Below, in pieces: positions 61,412 through 64,000 of a stretch of 64,000 nt of DNA. Within the stretch, counting starts at the first letter, position 1, and every line of letters starts with the position of its first letter. A program made the position numbers and the translations under genes. The stretch covers positions 11,098,001-11,162,000 of the forward strand of contig CM060731.1 in NCBI GenBank assembly GCA_030704615.1. Direction: 5' to 3'. This stretch comes from Takakia lepidozioides (taxonomy: Eukaryota > Plantae > Bryophyta). The notes under the pieces are model-generated. The model was not told the DNA's origin. It made no database searches and was given only the letters and a program-made list of their open reading frames with translations.

Positions 61412-64000
61412 CTGTCGTTAATTTGAACACTTTGTATCATTAGCGAATCAAATGGATGACTTGCATACTTCCTCTCTTCCCCTTGTCTTACTTATTTGGC
61501 TGTACAAGTACTATTTTTGTATGGACCCACCCCCGGCTTTCATAAAACTCTCAGTGGATTAATTTCTTGGGTCACCAAGATTATGAGCTTTTCATGGCTT
61601 CCAGTTCAGTTCCTGTCAAGATTGACTGTGAACCAGGGTAGAAAAGGGAAGGAAGGGTCAGGAAGGACTGCAAAGCATCTTGTCAAGATATTTGAAAGTA
61701 AAAACAGTTTGGCAGGGTTAAAAACTTGATAAACTGACCCCCCCCCCCACTCTCTCTCTCTCAAGGAAGAAGCAGAATACATAAAACATAAGATTTAAGG
61801 CAAACACAATGGTGATGTCTCTGTCTTTGACCTCATCGGGCTTCATGTGGGGGAGGTTTCTTGTTGTCTTTCTCTCTCATCTTAAGTAGAAGAGATTCTC
61901 AAGGATCTGAATCTGGACCCGCAAGTCTTGACCTTGCTGGATAAATCTGACTTAGAGACTGTAGTGTCCAAAGCCATGTCTGTTACCAGTAAATTGTCTG
62001 ATGCAAGTGAAGTTAGGCAGAAAACTTCCCTGAATCTGTTTCCAGTCTGTGACATGGGGGAGGATATCATGGATGACCTCAAGGGTCTACCCACTCTCGG
62101 CACCAGACTGAAATTTAAACTCAGGACAGGAAGTCTACCTTTGAACAGTAAACAGAAGCAGAGAGGAAAGGGAGAGTGCAATTGCGGCAACCCTCGAGGC
62201 TGAGCCAAAAGCCCAGGCCCTTCTGAGGCCTAGTTTTTGGGCAAATCACACACAGCAGATTGATGCTTGTGTGAAGGGATTTCTAGAGGATCTGGAAAAC
62301 CCGAATCAGTTCTTTGTATAAAGGTAAGTCTTACTACCAATGTCAGCCCCTGACAGAGGTAGGTTCTGTTCCTTTGGTTTCCGCTCAAACTGGGCGCGGG
62401 GTCAATGGCCACAAGGCTACGGAAAACATCGTCTTATGAGTACATTCTCTCATCTTAAGCTCTTTGAGCTTCCCGTGGATGTATAGAGTTGCTTTCCTTC
62501 CCTACTAATTACTTGCTTGGTTCAACTGTGTTGTTCTACTGGTGGCCTTTTGACCGTATATCTTCCAGTGGAGCTCATAATTACTAATAAAATTCCCTTG
62601 AATAATAGTTGCTTTTGGGTTGCTTGTGGAGGGCCCCTCTCTCTTTCTTGTTTCTTTCTTTCTCTTGTCCCATAAGCTCTTTGAGCTTTCCATGGACGTT
62701 ATAGAGTACCATTTCATTTCATCTCATATCTCTTCTATGGGTGGCACTTCCAGAATGTTTTATATTAATGTTCGCTTATACATGGCTGTGGGGAGAAGGA
62801 AAAAAAATTCCAGATCACCAGTAGTCAGTGGTCAGAAACCTCCAGAAAACTTTTGTAAATCACCAAGTTTCACCAAGCCCATCTGCCGAGCAAAAGTGTG
62901 ACATCCATTCCGACTTCAGATCACTTTTACCAGGACGCGTGTAGTACGCCTCGAGCAATGTAGAATGGTCAAGGAAAGATACAGAGCTCCCCTTTTTGGA
63001 CACAAAATCATGCCTTCAAATCCCACTGATAAGGTGGGCGGGTCTTCCTTTGGAGGAAACCTCTCAAAACGCCTTTAAAGAAGAATTGGAACTTCAAAAT
63101 ACATTCGGTGCCATTAAAGCCCACACTCCCGCGTTACATGTCCCTATTACACATGTTACAGACTACTCTACATTGAACTATGGGTCAAGCGACAACCTCG
63201 AGAGAAGCGGAGAGTCAACCTCACGGATTAAAAAGAGAGAGAACCTGAACAAGCTCAAGGGGGTACTTGTACGCGGGGCGACTGCTAGATTCCATAGCTT
63301 CACAGCTTGTCACATACGACAGCACCCCTCCCAGCGCTCATCATCCCGCAGACTTCCACAGCAACACCGTGACTTCAATTGTCAGTTCAACGACCCCCAT
63401 CCGCCCTCATCTTGATACTATCCCTTCTGCATTTCACTCCCTCACAACTGTGGAAGACAGATACCAAGGCATATTATTTGAATTGTACCCTTCACACCAT
63501 CCAATCCGGAGAAGCCGAGTGTCAGATATCTTGAACTGCAACCAAAATCCATCCACTACTCAAGTTTTTTTCTTAAGAAAAATTTGGTTAGGAATGCTGC
63601 TTAAAATACAGATACAGTCTTTTTACTTGGAGGTTCCCCATCACTGGAAGAGGTCTGCCTCATGTGCGTATGGTGGCTTCCCTTCATTGTCTGTGCTTCT
63701 AGTGTGTTGTTCCAGTTGGGCTCTTTGGGCTTTTGACAGAGGCCTTGAGCTTTGAGAACCCAAGTCCCTGGCAGCTTACCTGCACAGAGCTCTCGGTTTG
63801 GAGCGACGTTTGGTGTTCTTGAAATGGTGCCTTGTTGTTCTACTTGTATCATCGACCCTTGGCATCATATGGACATCTTTATAGTTCCTTCTCTTCTTGT
63901 GTCCCTCCCTTGCGCCATCTTGCCCATTATTTTTCTTCCTCTTTCTTCTGGTTTCTTTCCTCTTCAGGAGCATTTCTCGAAGTGCTCATTGGCAGAGGCC

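Noticed and set aside
61500-64000. ORFs and short repeats (62640-62730 resembles 7085-7170; 62408-62446 resembles 59978-60016)
   Set aside because: Dispersed repeat remnants that I cannot classify; no protein motif recognised.

Overview
Eukaryotic land-plant genomic DNA (probably a non-seed plant; this is an inference). Four spliced host genes: phosphopantetheine adenylyltransferase (-) and a divergent ceQORH-type quinone oxidoreductase (+), a CDF-type Dof transcription factor (-), and a histidine acid phosphatase (-, 5' end unresolved). Between them lie two transposon-rich blocks. Block 1 (~12.6-36 kb) has L1-like and tRNA-SINE remnants and a four-level nest: Harbinger > MULE-like TIR element (9-bp TSD) > piggyBac (TTAA) > Ty3/Gypsy. 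The Gypsy element (22997-33281) is the most unusual feature. It carries a C5 cytosine methyltransferase domain between protease and RT and a PHD finger after integrase. Instead of two normal LTRs it has split direct repeats (A1-internal-B1-A2-B2), which look like a 2-LTR circle opened at the internal palindrome GACA-GC-TGTC with loss of the central 2 nt and a 4-bp TSD. It has a self-complementary segment in place of a tRNA PBS. Block 2 (48.0-56.0 kb) is a second Gypsy element with a dUTPase-like domain in the same PR-RT slot, a tRNA-Ala PBS and a similar CACA-TA-TGTG palindrome at its inner LTR border; it is inserted in a SINE. The Harbinger, piggyBac, LINE and Gypsy coding regions are disrupted. 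Coordinates were read by eye and may be off by a few nt.
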